64,000 bases of DNA, from positions 1,029,988-1,093,987 of the forward strand of contig OZ240617.1 of assembly GCA_965198365.1 (NCBI GenBank). The letters are read 5' to 3'. Source of the stretch: Candidatus Aldehydirespiratoraceae bacterium. GTDB taxonomy: Bacteria > Actinomycetota > Acidimicrobiia > Acidimicrobiales > Aldehydirespiratoraceae. Below the pieces are notes generated by a model that did no database searches, was not told where the DNA came from, and saw only the letters and a list, made by a program, of their open reading frames with translations. Below, one piece after another: positions 1-8,808 of the stretch. Position 1 is the stretch's first letter. The number at the start of each line of letters is the position of its first letter. Made by a program: the position numbers and the translations under genes.

Positions 1-699
1 CAGCTCGGGCATTGGAGCGGTTGGATTACCTTCGGCGGACAAAGGCTGGATCTCGAGCGCTCCCAGACCTGGGGAACAAAAGACCGTTCATGGGGCATCC
101 GACCCCTGATCGGCGGCGACACCCGCGGGGCGCCGCAACCTCCGCGAGAAGGTGGGATCTTCTTCCTCTGGGCACCGATCAATTTCGAGGACATGTGCAT
201 CCACTATCAACTCTTCGAAGACTTCAAGGGGCGCCCGCTCTTCAACGTCGGAGCGATTCTGCCGGTCTACGAATCGCCCGCCGACATCGGTGGCGTTGAG
301 GATGAAGCCGCAAACGACATGCGCAACCTTGAGCACAAGCTCACGTTCAAATCAGGCATCCGCATGGTGAGCGATGCCACCATCGCCATGACCTCGATTG
401 ATGATGGAACCCGCCACGAAGTTCACCTTGAGCCGATTTTCGCCTTTCGCATGAAGGGCATTGGTTACATGCATCCCAAATGGGTGCACGGCCAATGGCA
501 CGGCGAGTTGGAGATGGAGAGCGAGTCGTGGTCGCTCGATGAAGTCGATGAGATGGCATATGAGAATCAGCATGTCCAGCACCTCGTCTGGGCGGACTAC
601 GGCGACCGGCGCGGAATCGGCGTGCTTGAGCAGGTAATGCTCGGCCCATACCGCCCCTACGGACTCGAAGGCGGCTGGCAGGCCCCTTCCTACGACTGA
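1..699 (+). CDS. hypothetical protein, 5'-partial (frame open to window edge)
   Basis: Frame 1 has no stop from nt 1 to the stop at 697-699. The listed ORF 193..699 is only the Met-to-stop part. No family recognised. Confidence 0.5.
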   Translation, partial: QLGHWSGWITFGGQRLDLERSQTWGTKDRSWGIRPLIGGDTRGAPQPPREGGIFFLWAPINFEDMCIHYQLFEDFKGRPLFNVGAILPVYESPADIGGVEDEAANDMRNLEHKLTFKSGIRMVSDATIAMTSIDDGTRHEVHLEPIFAFRMKGIGYMHPKWVHGQWHGELEMESESWSLDEVDEMAYENQHVQHLVWADYGDRRGIGVLEQVMLGPYRPYGLEGGWQAPSYD

Positions 700-794
700 T
701 CGCCCGTTTACGACTCGCGCCCCCGAAATCTGCGCGCTCAGCTACATCTAGTGTGGTTAATCGCGCAGATTTGGCGGGATTCAGAGGGGTTGGG

Positions 795-1568
795 TCAGCT
801 TGCGGGGTCGATGAGACGGAACGCTTCGGCATACCGCACGCCTCCGCGGCGGCCATGATCTCGTGCTTCGCGCAGTATCCGTTGGCGAAACTCCTGTGCT
901 TGAGTGCCGTCGTCGTCGGCGTCGATCTCCATGGTGGTTTCGAATTGAGACTCGTGAGCGAGTAGTGCTGAGACCTTGGCCTCCAGGTGTGATTGCTCAA
1001 CGGCCTCAAGGTGGTCGGGTTCCTCGCACTCGAACAGCAGCAGAGCGTCGGGTCGATGATGGTCCATTCCGTGCTCGCGGTGGTAGTGAGGGTCGCGGGC
1101 GGCGACCACAGAGTCGACTGTCAGCCAACCGGCGGCCCGATGGTCTGGGTGAATCCGCCAGCGCTGCCACGGGTCGTGACCCAGAACGACTTCCGGTTTC
1201 AGTTCCCGGATGGCGCGGCTGAGCAGGCTGCGCCGCTCGACGCCGTGGTCGAGTTCGCCGTCCTCGGCACCCAGGAAGCGCACCTCGCCGGTGGCCCCGA
1301 GTCGGCGGGCCGCTTCTTGCTGTTCGGCTTGTCGCCGCGCTGTCAGTGCAGTGGTGTCGGCGTCGACATCCCAGGTGCCCTTGCTCCCGTCGGTACAGAT
1401 CAGCAGATGAACTGTCGCCCCGGCCTCAGCCCACTTGGCCAGCGTGGCACCGCACCCGAACTCCACATCATCGGGATGCGCGGCGACCGCCAGTGCGGAT
1501 GCGGGTGTCGGAAGGTCGATACGCACAGCTCGGCACCTAACAGGAACTGCGGGCGTGGTCGCGTGCAA
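795..1568 (-). CDS. PIG-L/LmbE-family deacetylase
   Basis: N-terminal AHPDDVEFG motif and later HPDHRAAG motif, about 250 aa; typical zinc-dependent PIG-L signature. Confidence 0.8.
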   Translation of the reverse strand: MHATTPAVPVRCRAVRIDLPTPASALAVAAHPDDVEFGCGATLAKWAEAGATVHLLICTDGSKGTWDVDADTTALTARRQAEQQEAARRLGATGEVRFLGAEDGELDHGVERRSLLSRAIRELKPEVVLGHDPWQRWRIHPDHRAAGWLTVDSVVAARDPHYHREHGMDHHRPDALLLFECEEPDHLEAVEQSHLEAKVSALLAHESQFETTMEIDADDDGTQAQEFRQRILREARDHGRRGGVRYAEAFRLIDPAS

Positions 1569-2148
1569 GGTTGATCAGGTGTGACGGCAGATCAGCGGGG
1601 CTGTCCACGTCCCAAGCCAAAGACGCATCGTCGATCTCGGTGAAGTCGAGACCCAACCGGGCCGATTCGGCACGGTGCTTTGCGAACGACCCCGGACCAT
1701 ACGAAAAGGTGAAACCGGTGTTGGTGGGGAGGCTTATGACGTTGGAGCCGTCCCGGTGCCGATCAGGCGCCAACGCCACTCCGGTGCCGGTCACCACCCG
1801 CAGGTCCGACGCGAAAGGCAGATCGGCGTGGGCGATGATGATCCGTGACGCCCCTGCGGCGGCCGCGGCGGCCGCCGCCACCGTCACGGCGGGGTTGAGC
1901 CCGCTCTCGCCGACGGCGCAAGTCAAGGTTCCGAGCGCTTGTGCCCAGTCCGCTACCTCGTCGTCGTCGGTGACCACCCAGACCGGCAGGTCGTGCGCGG
2001 CGGCTACCACTGTCTCTGCCATTCGACGGATCAGCGCCCTGCGCGCGTGTGGGTCGAGCGAGGAGGCGAGGCGGCTCTTGGCGTCGTCGAACGACCGGAT
2101 CGGCACCAACACGATCGTGCTGTTCGTCGCTGGTTCGTTCAAGGCCAC
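1537..2148 (-). CDS. cofC: 2-phospho-L-lactate/PEP guanylyltransferase (CofC/FbiD family, F420 biosynthesis)
   Basis: VLVPIRSFDDAKSRL N-terminal motif, IIAHADLP motif, about 200 aa. Confidence 0.7.
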   Translation of the reverse strand: MALNEPATNSTIVLVPIRSFDDAKSRLASSLDPHARRALIRRMAETVVAAAHDLPVWVVTDDDEVADWAQALGTLTCAVGESGLNPAVTVAAAAAAAAGASRIIIAHADLPFASDLRVVTGTGVALAPDRHRDGSNVISLPTNTGFTFSYGPGSFAKHRAESARLGLDFTEIDDASLAWDVDSPADLPSHLINLARDHARSSC

Positions 2149-2159
2149 GTCCCTACTCT

Positions 2160-2420
2160 AAGGCTCGTCGGTTGACTCCAGGGCTTGTCGGTTGGCTCGC
2201 GGGTTCGTTGGCTTGCCGGGTGACTCCAGGGCTCGTCGGTTGGTTTGCGGGTCCGGGGCTTGTCGGTTGGTTCCGGGGCTTGCCGGTTGGTTCCGGGGTT
2301 TGTCGGTTGGCTCGCGGGTTCGTTGGCTTGCCGGTTGGTTCCAGGGCTTGTCGGTCGGCTCCAAGGTTCGCCGGGCCCGGGTCTTGTTGACGAGTCGGTC
2401 GGGGTTGGGGCTTTGGGCCT
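2160..2420. repeat. degenerate ~20-bp G/T-rich tandem repeat array (CCRGGGCTYGTCGGTTGGYT-like units)
   Basis: Direct reading: at least 10 consecutive related units between the cofC start and the gpsA start. The Pro/Thr-rich ORFs over it on both strands are repeat artefacts. Confidence 0.8.
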
Positions 2421-2431
2421 AGGGTGAACCC

Positions 2432-3421
2432 ATGGAGATGCAAGTTGCCGTTGTGGGAGCAGGATCCTGGGGGACCACAGTCGCCCATCTGAGCGCCCAC
2501 AATGTTGCGACAACCCTGTACAGCCGCCGTGAAGATGTAGCGGAGGCCATCAATACTCGCCATGAGAACCCGCGGTACTTGCCCGGATACCAACTCCACC
2601 CGGCGCTGCGGGCGTCAAGCGATCTGGCCGCGGTGGTGTCTGCAGCTGATGTGTTGGTGATGGGAGTGCCGTCAAAAGGATTCCGTGACACGCTCAAAGC
2701 GCTGCGCCCGAGCCTTCGACCCTGGGTGCCGGTCGTGTCACTGGCGAAGGGTCTGGAACTCTCAACCCGCCAGCGGATGACCCAGGTAGCCGAAGACGAA
2801 TTGCCCGGCCACCCCGTCGGCGTGCTTACCGGCCCCAACCTCGCCAAAGAAATCCTGGCAGGCGACGCTGCGGCCGCGGTCATCGCCTTTGACGACGAAA
2901 CCATCGCCCAACGCCTCCAAGACGTGTTCTCCACGGACCTGTTCAGGGTGTACACCAACACGGATGTGCTCGGCTGTGAGATCGGCGGTGCATTGAAGAA
3001 CGTGATCGCGCTCGCCGCGGGGATGGCCGATGGACTCGGCACCGGAGACAACACCCGGGCCGCGGTGATCACCCGTGGTCTTGCTGAGTTGACTCGGCTA
3101 GGCGTGGCGATGGGTGGCGAACCTGCCACCTTCGCGGGTCTTGCCGGAATGGGAGACCTGCTTGCTACTTGCATGAGTCCGCAGAGCCGGAATCGCCATG
3201 TGGGAGAACAACTCGGACGAGGTCGTACTCTTGACGAAATCAACGCGGAGATGGACCAGGTGGCCGAAGGCGTCAAATCAGCGAGAGTAGTGCTTGAACT
3301 CGCCGCCGAATACGACGTGTACATGCCGATCTCCCAAGAGGTGCACTCGTGTGTCCAGGGCCTCCAGGGTGCAGATGACGCATACCGAGGCCTCATCGAA
3401 CGAGAGATAACCCGCGAGTAG
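2432..3421 (+). CDS. gpsA: NAD(P)H-dependent glycerol-3-phosphate dehydrogenase
   Basis: VAVVGAGSWGTTVA Rossmann motif, GALKNVIALAAG motif, about 330 aa. Confidence 0.9.
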   Translation: MEMQVAVVGAGSWGTTVAHLSAHNVATTLYSRREDVAEAINTRHENPRYLPGYQLHPALRASSDLAAVVSAADVLVMGVPSKGFRDTLKALRPSLRPWVPVVSLAKGLELSTRQRMTQVAEDELPGHPVGVLTGPNLAKEILAGDAAAAVIAFDDETIAQRLQDVFSTDLFRVYTNTDVLGCEIGGALKNVIALAAGMADGLGTGDNTRAAVITRGLAELTRLGVAMGGEPATFAGLAGMGDLLATCMSPQSRNRHVGEQLGRGRTLDEINAEMDQVAEGVKSARVVLELAAEYDVYMPISQEVHSCVQGLQGADDAYRGLIEREITRE

Positions 3422-3434
3422 CGGTGAGGCTCAG

Positions 3435-4937
3435 GTGGAAAGGTCGTCTCGGCTGGGTCGGTCGGTTAGGCGGGTTCGGTCGGCTGGGCGGGGTCAGTCG
3501 GGTCGGTCGGGTCGGTCGGTTGGGCGTACCCAGGATGCCGATTCTTGGGTGGGTTCTGTTGAGGGTTCGGTGATCGGCGACCTTGAGGGTCCGCTGGCTG
3601 TTGTTGACGAGCATGGCCGGTTGCAGACGATCGACCGCAGATGGTCGTTCGAATGGGGTGTCGGTGTCGGGGATCGCTGGCGCATCGCCCATGAGACTGC
3701 CGGTACTCGTCGGCATCGGATCAACGACGCCCCGGTCTACGAAACCCGCTTACGGGTAGCCGGAGGTGACGTTGTTCAGCGCGTGGCCGTGGCCAACGAC
3801 GGGGTCAGCAGAGTCCTCGTCGTCGAGTTCGAGAACGCTTCTAGTGACGCCGTGGCGGTCGCGCTGGTGGGTCGCGCCATCGGCGGTCAGGTCTCGGTCT
3901 CTTGTGACTCTGCCAGCCTCGATGGGCGGACGTGGATCCGGCCCGAACGTCAAGCAGGAGGCGTGATCGCGGTCTGTGGTGCACAGGATCCTTGGCCGGA
4001 AATCCAAAAAGGTCCAAACACAGCGCCCGTTTCGGTCCGTGGCACCGAAGTCGCGGCCGGTCTGGTGACGGCGTTGCCACATCGACAGAGCGTCAAGTTT
4101 CAGGTGGTGATCGAAGGCAAGGTGCCGACACGGTCAGCCTCTCCAGCCGAGGTCGCCTCGGGGTGGCTAGCCGTCACCGCCGATGCGTCGAGCATTGAAG
4201 TCGCAGACGTTGATCTCGGCACGGCGTGGAGACGGATCCTCGGCGACCTTGTAGTCCAGGCGGGATCCGACGATCCCCGCAGCGCCGCTGAAGCCGCCCC
4301 GATTCTCGACATTGGGGGACTTGATCGCGAGGCTGACCGGGCACGAACCGCAGTGGTCGCGTTGACCGAGGCGGGACACCTTGGAGATACGGCGGCTGTG
4401 GCGGCGCTGAGAGCTCTGATATCGCGGGATCTGCGGCTGGGAAAAAACTCGGGTCTCGATGAACTTGCAGACGTGTTAGTGGCCGCCGCGGCAGATTCGC
4501 TCGATTCCAACACTGCGAACCTGTTGGCTTGGGCTTTGGAAGCTACCGCACCGCGAGCCGCAACCGACGCCCGCCGGTTAGCTGCCAAGGTAGACCCCGG
4601 TGTCGTCTATCAGCCGACGACCTTGGCCGCGAGAGCAGCAGGGCGGGTGCTTGGCCCTTTGATCGACGACTCGCGTCCCAAGCGCATTGACCTACTTGCA
4701 GAGGTGCCGTCTGAGTGGTTCGGCAGACCAGTCGACGTGCGCGGCTTCGGCACGCTCTGGGGCCGGATCTCGTTCAGCGTGCGTTGGCATGGTCGTCGCC
4801 CAGCGCTTCTCTGGGAACGAATCGGAAGCCGCGACCCAGTCGAACTTCGCTGCTCAGGCCTCGACTCTTCGTGGTCCAGCGTCGAACGCCGAGGCGAAAC
4901 CCTACTCGCTGAGCCGCTGTGGGTCCCGAGCGAATAG
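3435..4937 (+). CDS. hypothetical protein (start uncertain, probably downstream of the repeat)
   Basis: Long ORF with protein-like composition after about aa 40. The N-terminal approx 35 aa are translated from the tandem repeat. No motif recognised. Confidence 0.5.
   Translation: MERSSRLGRSVRRVRSAGRGQSGRSGRSVGRTQDADSWVGSVEGSVIGDLEGPLAVVDEHGRLQTIDRRWSFEWGVGVGDRWRIAHETAGTRRHRINDAPVYETRLRVAGGDVVQRVAVANDGVSRVLVVEFENASSDAVAVALVGRAIGGQVSVSCDSASLDGRTWIRPERQAGGVIAVCGAQDPWPEIQKGPNTAPVSVRGTEVAAGLVTALPHRQSVKFQVVIEGKVPTRSASPAEVASGWLAVTADASSIEVADVDLGTAWRRILGDLVVQAGSDDPRSAAEAAPILDIGGLDREADRARTAVVALTEAGHLGDTAAVAALRALISRDLRLGKNSGLDELADVLVAAAADSLDSNTANLLAWALEATAPRAATDARRLAAKVDPGVVYQPTTLAARAAGRVLGPLIDDSRPKRIDLLAEVPSEWFGRPVDVRGFGTLWGRISFSVRWHGRRPALLWERIGSRDPVELRCSGLDSSWSSVERRGETLLAEPLWVPSE
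3450..3525. repeat. short GGTCGG/GGTTGG-rich tandem repeats
   Basis: ggtcggtcggttaggcgggttcggtcggctgggcggggtcagtcgggtcggtcgggtcggtcggttggg read directly. Same flavour as the 2160-2420 array. Confidence 0.6.
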
Positions 4938-5030
4938 CCCGAGCGAATAACCCGAGCGAACGGTCTGCGCGAACGGTCTGCGCGAGCAGCCCGAGCGAAC
5001 GGCCCGCGCGAGCGGCCGAGCGAACAGCAC
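4921..5030. repeat. degenerate 13-15-bp tandem repeats (CCCGAGCGAA / GCGAACGGTCTGCGC units)
   Basis: Read directly between the hypothetical gene's stop and the rnhB start. Confidence 0.7.
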
Positions 5031-5089
5031 GCACAAGCCACACCGCGGTTGGTTCACCGCACCGCGGCGGGTCGGTTAGGGTGCAATTG

Positions 5090-5788
5090 ATGGTTGCCAC
5101 CACTCGGCCGCTTCGCCCGTCGATCAAAAACAGAGCTCCGGGATTACGGCTCGAGAAAGACTTGTGGGCGGCCGGCAATCAGGTAGTTGCGGGTATCGAT
5201 GAGGTGGGGCGCGGATCATGGGCCGGTCCGCTCACTCTTGCCGCGGTTGTAGTACCGCAGGGCAGGAGGCTCTACAAGGTGCGCGACTCCAAGATGCTCA
5301 CCGAACCCGAGCGTGAGGTTATGCACGATCGAATTCTGGACTGGGCCAGCCGGGTTTCTGTGGCGCACGCCAGCCAACAAGAATGCGATGAACTTGGCAT
5401 GTCGGCTGCGCAGAAGCTCGCCGCGCAACGTGCTATCGATGGCCTCGGCGAGCCGGTCGACCATGTCCTAGTTGACGGAAATTGGGACTTTGTGGAGTCT
5501 GTCCCGGCCACCAAGATCGTCAAGGGCGACGCGGTGAGCCTGTCTATCGCGGCCGCCTCGATCGTGGCGAAGGTCACCCGTGATCGCATCATGGGTGACT
5601 GGGACCGGCACTATCCGGCGTTCGGCTTTGCCAGCAACAAGGGTTATCCGTGCCCGCGTCACAAGGCTGCGCTTGCGGCGTTCGGACCGACATCGGTGCA
5701 TCGGCGTAGCTGGGTGTTCATGGATGACCTGCGTTGGACTGCCGTGCCCCGCACCGTCGAAGACGACCCCCAGTTGGACCTCTTCTGA
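5090..5788 (+). CDS. rnhB: ribonuclease HII
   Basis: AGIDEVGRGSWAGPL and DSKMLTEPERE motifs. Start moved to the ATG at 5090, because upstream ORF residues derive from the repeat. Confidence 0.85.
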   Translation: MVATTRPLRPSIKNRAPGLRLEKDLWAAGNQVVAGIDEVGRGSWAGPLTLAAVVVPQGRRLYKVRDSKMLTEPEREVMHDRILDWASRVSVAHASQQECDELGMSAAQKLAAQRAIDGLGEPVDHVLVDGNWDFVESVPATKIVKGDAVSLSIAAASIVAKVTRDRIMGDWDRHYPAFGFASNKGYPCPRHKAALAAFGPTSVHRRSWVFMDDLRWTAVPRTVEDDPQLDLF

Positions 5789-5845
5789 TCCGTCTTCTGA
5801 TCCGTCTTCCGCTCAGCCGCCCAACCCCGGTAACCTGCTGACGCA

Positions 5846-6178
5846 ATGGGACAAACGGTCACCTTCATCCGCTCCAGTTCGCCTCGGCCCGGAGTCGTAC
5901 GTTTTGAACTCAACCGCAGCCTCACCGGTATGGGCCACGAGAGCTATACCGCTGACGACGAGATTCTCGGCGACCGCCCCCCTGACGTGTTGGCTCGACG
6001 CATCTTCGAGTTGGGCGACGTGTCGTCGATCCACATGTACAGCTCGATGGTGACCATCACCTTTGCCACGACCGAGCAGAGTGACCTGGAGTCGGTGGTG
6101 AGTGATCTGTTCACCTATTACGTGCCTGGTGTCGAGATCCCCGATGACGAAGTACTCATTGCCATGGTCCCAGGCTGA
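5846..6178 (+). CDS. small protein resembling the Nfu/NifU N-terminal scaffold domain
   Basis: About 110 aa. The pattern ARRIFELGDVSSIHMYSSMVTITFA resembles the Nfu_N core (LF.I.GV.SVF...FITV). Weak, unsearched. Confidence 0.45.
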   Translation: MGQTVTFIRSSSPRPGVVRFELNRSLTGMGHESYTADDEILGDRPPDVLARRIFELGDVSSIHMYSSMVTITFATTEQSDLESVVSDLFTYYVPGVEIPDDEVLIAMVPG

Positions 6179-6220
6179 TCGACGTCCGATTCGGTTCGGT
6201 AACTATGTGGCCTTCGGTAA

Positions 6221-6850
6221 CTATCCGGGTTGTGCCCAGCGTCGGATCCAGGCGTGCATGGCTATGCCCGCGGCGACCCCTGCGTTGATCGACCGGGTGG
6301 ATCCGTACTGAGCTATTGAACAAACTTGCTCGGCGGCTTGGTGAGCAGCGGAGGAGAGGCCGGGGCCTTCCTGGCCGAACAGCAGCACACATTCTTGTGG
6401 TAGTTCGGTGTTCTCGATGGGGATAGAGCCGGGCAGGTTGTCGATACCGATGATGGGCAGGGCTTCTGCTGCGGCCCAAGCGACCAGATCGTCGATTGTT
6501 TCGTGGTGCGTGATGTGTTGGTAGACGTCGGTCATCATCGCCCCTCGGCGGTTCCATTTGCGCTTGCCGACAATGTGGACTTCCGCGGCAAGGAAGGCGT
6601 TGGCGGTACGCACGACCGTTCCGATATTGCGGTCGTGCTCCCAGTTCTCTACGGCGACATGAAAACCGTGTCGACGCTGGTCGAGATCTTTTACGATCGC
6701 CTCGACCGACCAGTAGCGGTATTGGTCGATGACATTGCGCCTGTCTCCGTCGGCTAACAGTTCTGGGTCGAGCCGCTCATCATCGGGCCAAGGCCCGTTG
6801 TAGGGTCCCACCCCCGCCTCTTCTTGACCCCCAGTTTCATGCACAATCAA
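6221..6850 (-). CDS. TrmH/SpoU-family RNA 2'-O-methyltransferase
   Basis: C-terminal FGQEGPGLS...IAQYGSTRSINAGVAAGIAMHAW, the SpoU knot motifs. Confidence 0.8.
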   Translation of the reverse strand: MIVHETGGQEEAGVGPYNGPWPDDERLDPELLADGDRRNVIDQYRYWSVEAIVKDLDQRRHGFHVAVENWEHDRNIGTVVRTANAFLAAEVHIVGKRKWNRRGAMMTDVYQHITHHETIDDLVAWAAAEALPIIGIDNLPGSIPIENTELPQECVLLFGQEGPGLSSAAHQAAEQVCSIAQYGSTRSINAGVAAGIAMHAWIRRWAQPG

Positions 6851-7215
6851 CGCGCCCCTTCCTTGCTCCGAGCAACGAGTTCGAAGATGAGGTCCTTGCG
6901 GTTGGTGGTGAGGTCCACCCAGATCGATCCCGGTTGCATAGCCGCGAGTGCCCCGTCTGCGCCAGCCATGACAGCTTCGACATGGCTGGGATGAGGGAGC
7001 GAAGTCAACAACAGGTCAACTTCAGCCGCGCATGCCGACGCTGAAGTCGCTGCCACAGCACCAGCGGTGACCGCCTCGTCCAATGCCGAGTCGTCGATAT
7101 CGAAGGCGACCACATCGTAACCCGCCGCGATCAGTCGGCGGCACATCGGACCGCCCATGTTGCCGAGCCCGACGAAACCGACCCTCGGCAATTTGGTTTT
7201 TCGTGTACGTGTCAA
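6847..7215 (-). pseudogene. truncated 3-hydroxyisobutyrate/6-phosphogluconate dehydrogenase-like NAD-binding domain (122 aa only)
   Basis: VGFVGLGNMGGPM Rossmann motif. The ORF ends after the segment WVDLTTNRKDLIFELVARSKEGAR, where full-length family members (about 290 aa) continue. 4-bp overlap with the trmH-like start. Confidence 0.55.
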
Positions 7216-7248
7216 GCCTTCACCCTTCTGAACGCAACGGGCGGTCTG

Positions 7249-7647
7249 TCATGCTGTCGACAATGGAATCCAGACGATTCCGTCGATGTGCTTGAAGTGG
7301 CCGTCGCCCGATATGAGGTCGGCGCCGGTTTCCATGGCATGGGCGGCGATCCAGACATCGTTTGTCGGTATGGGGCAGCCCTTGGCTCGAAGGGTCGCCG
7401 CTATTCGGGAGTAGCGGTCGGCGGTGACCGAGCCCACGTCGACAAGGGTCGAATACGGGCTGTTGAGTATGGAACGCAGATCGGCGGCGTTCTGCTCGAA
7501 GCGCGTCCCGTGGCGGAATCCGTAGAGAAGCTCGCCGACGACGACGGCAGAAAACAACAACTCCTCGGCCTCCCTCACAATCTCTGCGACCTGCTCATGT
7601 CCTCGCATGAGCATGGAGTATGCGTTGGTGTCCAATAGGACCCTCAC
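7249..7647 (-). CDS. vapC: PIN-domain toxin VapC
   Basis: MRVLLDTNAY N-terminus, about 130 aa, acidic residues spaced as in PIN domains, 4-bp overlap with the upstream antitoxin. Confidence 0.8.
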   Translation of the reverse strand: MRVLLDTNAYSMLMRGHEQVAEIVREAEELLFSAVVVGELLYGFRHGTRFEQNAADLRSILNSPYSTLVDVGSVTADRYSRIAATLRAKGCPIPTNDVWIAAHAMETGADLISGDGHFKHIDGIVWIPLSTA

Positions 7648-7907
7648 CCCCAGGCGTCCTCGTCAACGGTTTCGAGATCCTTGATGGCGGCTTCAAACTC
7701 GTCGGCCTCCTGCGCAGTCCAACTGCCGATCAGGTCGTCGAGGGACGACCCCACCGTCCAAGGCCGCTCAACATCCTCACTCAGCCCAGCGCCGTGCCGG
7801 AGCAGCTTCAGCGCAGCTTGATTGAGCGAGATCTTCTCACGAGCAGCGAGTCGGCGCATTGCCGCACCCAACTCATCGCCGAACCCCCGAACTGTGAGCT
7901 GGTCCAT
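7644..7907 (-). CDS. vapB: VapB-type antitoxin
   Basis: Start taken at MDQLTVRGF (cat at 7905-7907) with AGGGAGG upstream. Acidic C-terminus, coupled to vapC. Confidence 0.6.
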   Translation of the reverse strand: MDQLTVRGFGDELGAAMRRLAAREKISLNQAALKLLRHGAGLSEDVERPWTVGSSLDDLIGSWTAQEADEFEAAIKDLETVDEDAWG

Positions 7908-7929
7908 TCCGGCCTCCCTGTATCCTGTA

Positions 7930-7969
7930 TGACTCACTAGTGACTCACTATACCTCAGAAAATGAGTCA
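7930..7969 (-). promoter_or_regulatory. putative vapBC operator/promoter: three TGACTCA motifs (two direct, one inverted)
   Basis: tgactcac at 7930-7937 and 7941-7948, and inverted atgagtca at 7962-7969, directly upstream of vapB. TATAGT on the minus strand lies between them. Confidence 0.35.
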
Positions 7970-8061
7970 TCAACCGGCACCGTCACAGAAGGCCGGTCGG
8001 GGCGGAGCGGGCAAGTCGAGCAGGGGGTCTGAGCGGTGGTGATGTTGCCGGGCTTGGTCGG

Positions 8062-8808
8062 CTACCGCTTCAGGCCTGCCCTTGCCACAGCAGTTGCGTG
8101 GGCGGATCGTTCCAACGTGTCGTCGAGGGGTTCGAGTTCAAGGTTTGCGCCGGAGTGGTCCAGCGCCCATCGCAACAGGGTGTCGGCCAGCCAGGGGTTC
8201 TTGGGTAATAGCGGCCCGTGGAGGTAAGTACCGATACGGCGGCCCGATACGGCGCCCTCAAAGCCGTCTTCGCCGTTGTTCCCGTGGCCTTTCTCGACTC
8301 GTCCCAACGGAGAGCTCTGTGACCCCAGACGAGTACGACCGGCATGGTTCTCATAGCCCACCACCGTGCCGGTTTGGCCGTCCAAGTTCACACTGAGAAC
8401 CACATCGCCGATCAGTCTGTCGGTTCCGGCGGTGGTCTCCAGATCCAGCAGACCCGTGCCGGCCATCTCTTCTCCGTTGGCGGCCACGTAGGTGTGACCC
8501 ATGAGTTGATAGCCGCCGCACACTGCGAGCACCGCGGCTCCGTCGTTGGCCGCTCGCCTTAGAGAGTCGGCCTTGGCGACCAAGTCTTGGGCCACCAATA
8601 GCTGATCGCGGTCTTGGCCACCTCCCAGGTAATAGAGGTTGCAGTCGTCGGGTATTTCGTCACCGAGACCGACCTCGACCACCTCCAGCGTCAACCCCCG
8701 CCACTCCAATCGGCGCTGGAACACTGCAACGTTGCCCCGGTCTGCGTAGATGTTCAGATGGTCGGGGTACAGATGCCCAAGCCGCACGACCGGACGGTTC
8801 GTGCTCAT
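8062..8808 (-). CDS. gatD: lipid II isoglutaminyl synthase glutaminase subunit GatD (CobQ-like GATase)
   Basis: AVCGGYQLMG nucleophile motif. ATGA overlap with the murT stop. Start at MSTNRPVV with GGGAGG upstream. Confidence 0.8.
   Translation of the reverse strand: MSTNRPVVRLGHLYPDHLNIYADRGNVAVFQRRLEWRGLTLEVVEVGLGDEIPDDCNLYYLGGGQDRDQLLVAQDLVAKADSLRRAANDGAAVLAVCGGYQLMGHTYVAANGEEMAGTGLLDLETTAGTDRLIGDVVLSVNLDGQTGTVVGYENHAGRTRLGSQSSPLGRVEKGHGNNGEDGFEGAVSGRRIGTYLHGPLLPKNPWLADTLLRWALDHSGANLELEPLDDTLERSAHATAVARAGLKR

Noticed and set aside
2139-2599. Pro/Thr/Asn-rich ORFs (2139..2513, 2153..2599, 2158..2364 on minus; 2049..2390 etc. on plus) that could be read as repetitive secreted proteins
   Set aside because: They lie entirely on the 20-bp tandem array, occur in several frames and on both strands at once, and overlap the cofC/gpsA ends. 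They are translation artefacts of a DNA repeat.
2419-3396. 325-aa ORF antisense to gpsA, and similar long antisense or alternative-frame ORFs elsewhere (347..1009, 13118..13831, 21967..22803, 22027..22809, 25977..26843, 41864..42859, 44226..45506, 45089..46027, 60848..61456)
   Set aside because: These are typical high-GC shadow ORFs. Their composition is Arg/Ser/Pro/Ala-biased and they have no motifs. Each overlaps a gene with clear family signatures on the other strand or frame.
4919-5089. Extended N-terminus of RNase HII (start at 4919) overlapping the upstream gene
   Set aside because: The extra 57 residues are translated from the CCCGAGCGAA-type tandem repeat and are Arg/Ala/Ser-rich. 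The conserved RNase HII sequence begins after the ATG at 5090.
5783-5806. 12-bp tandem duplication TTCTGATCCGTC x2 that includes the rnhB stop codon
   Set aside because: It is real in the sequence, but it only duplicates the stop codon downstream of the gene. This is a trivial slippage event with no obvious consequence.
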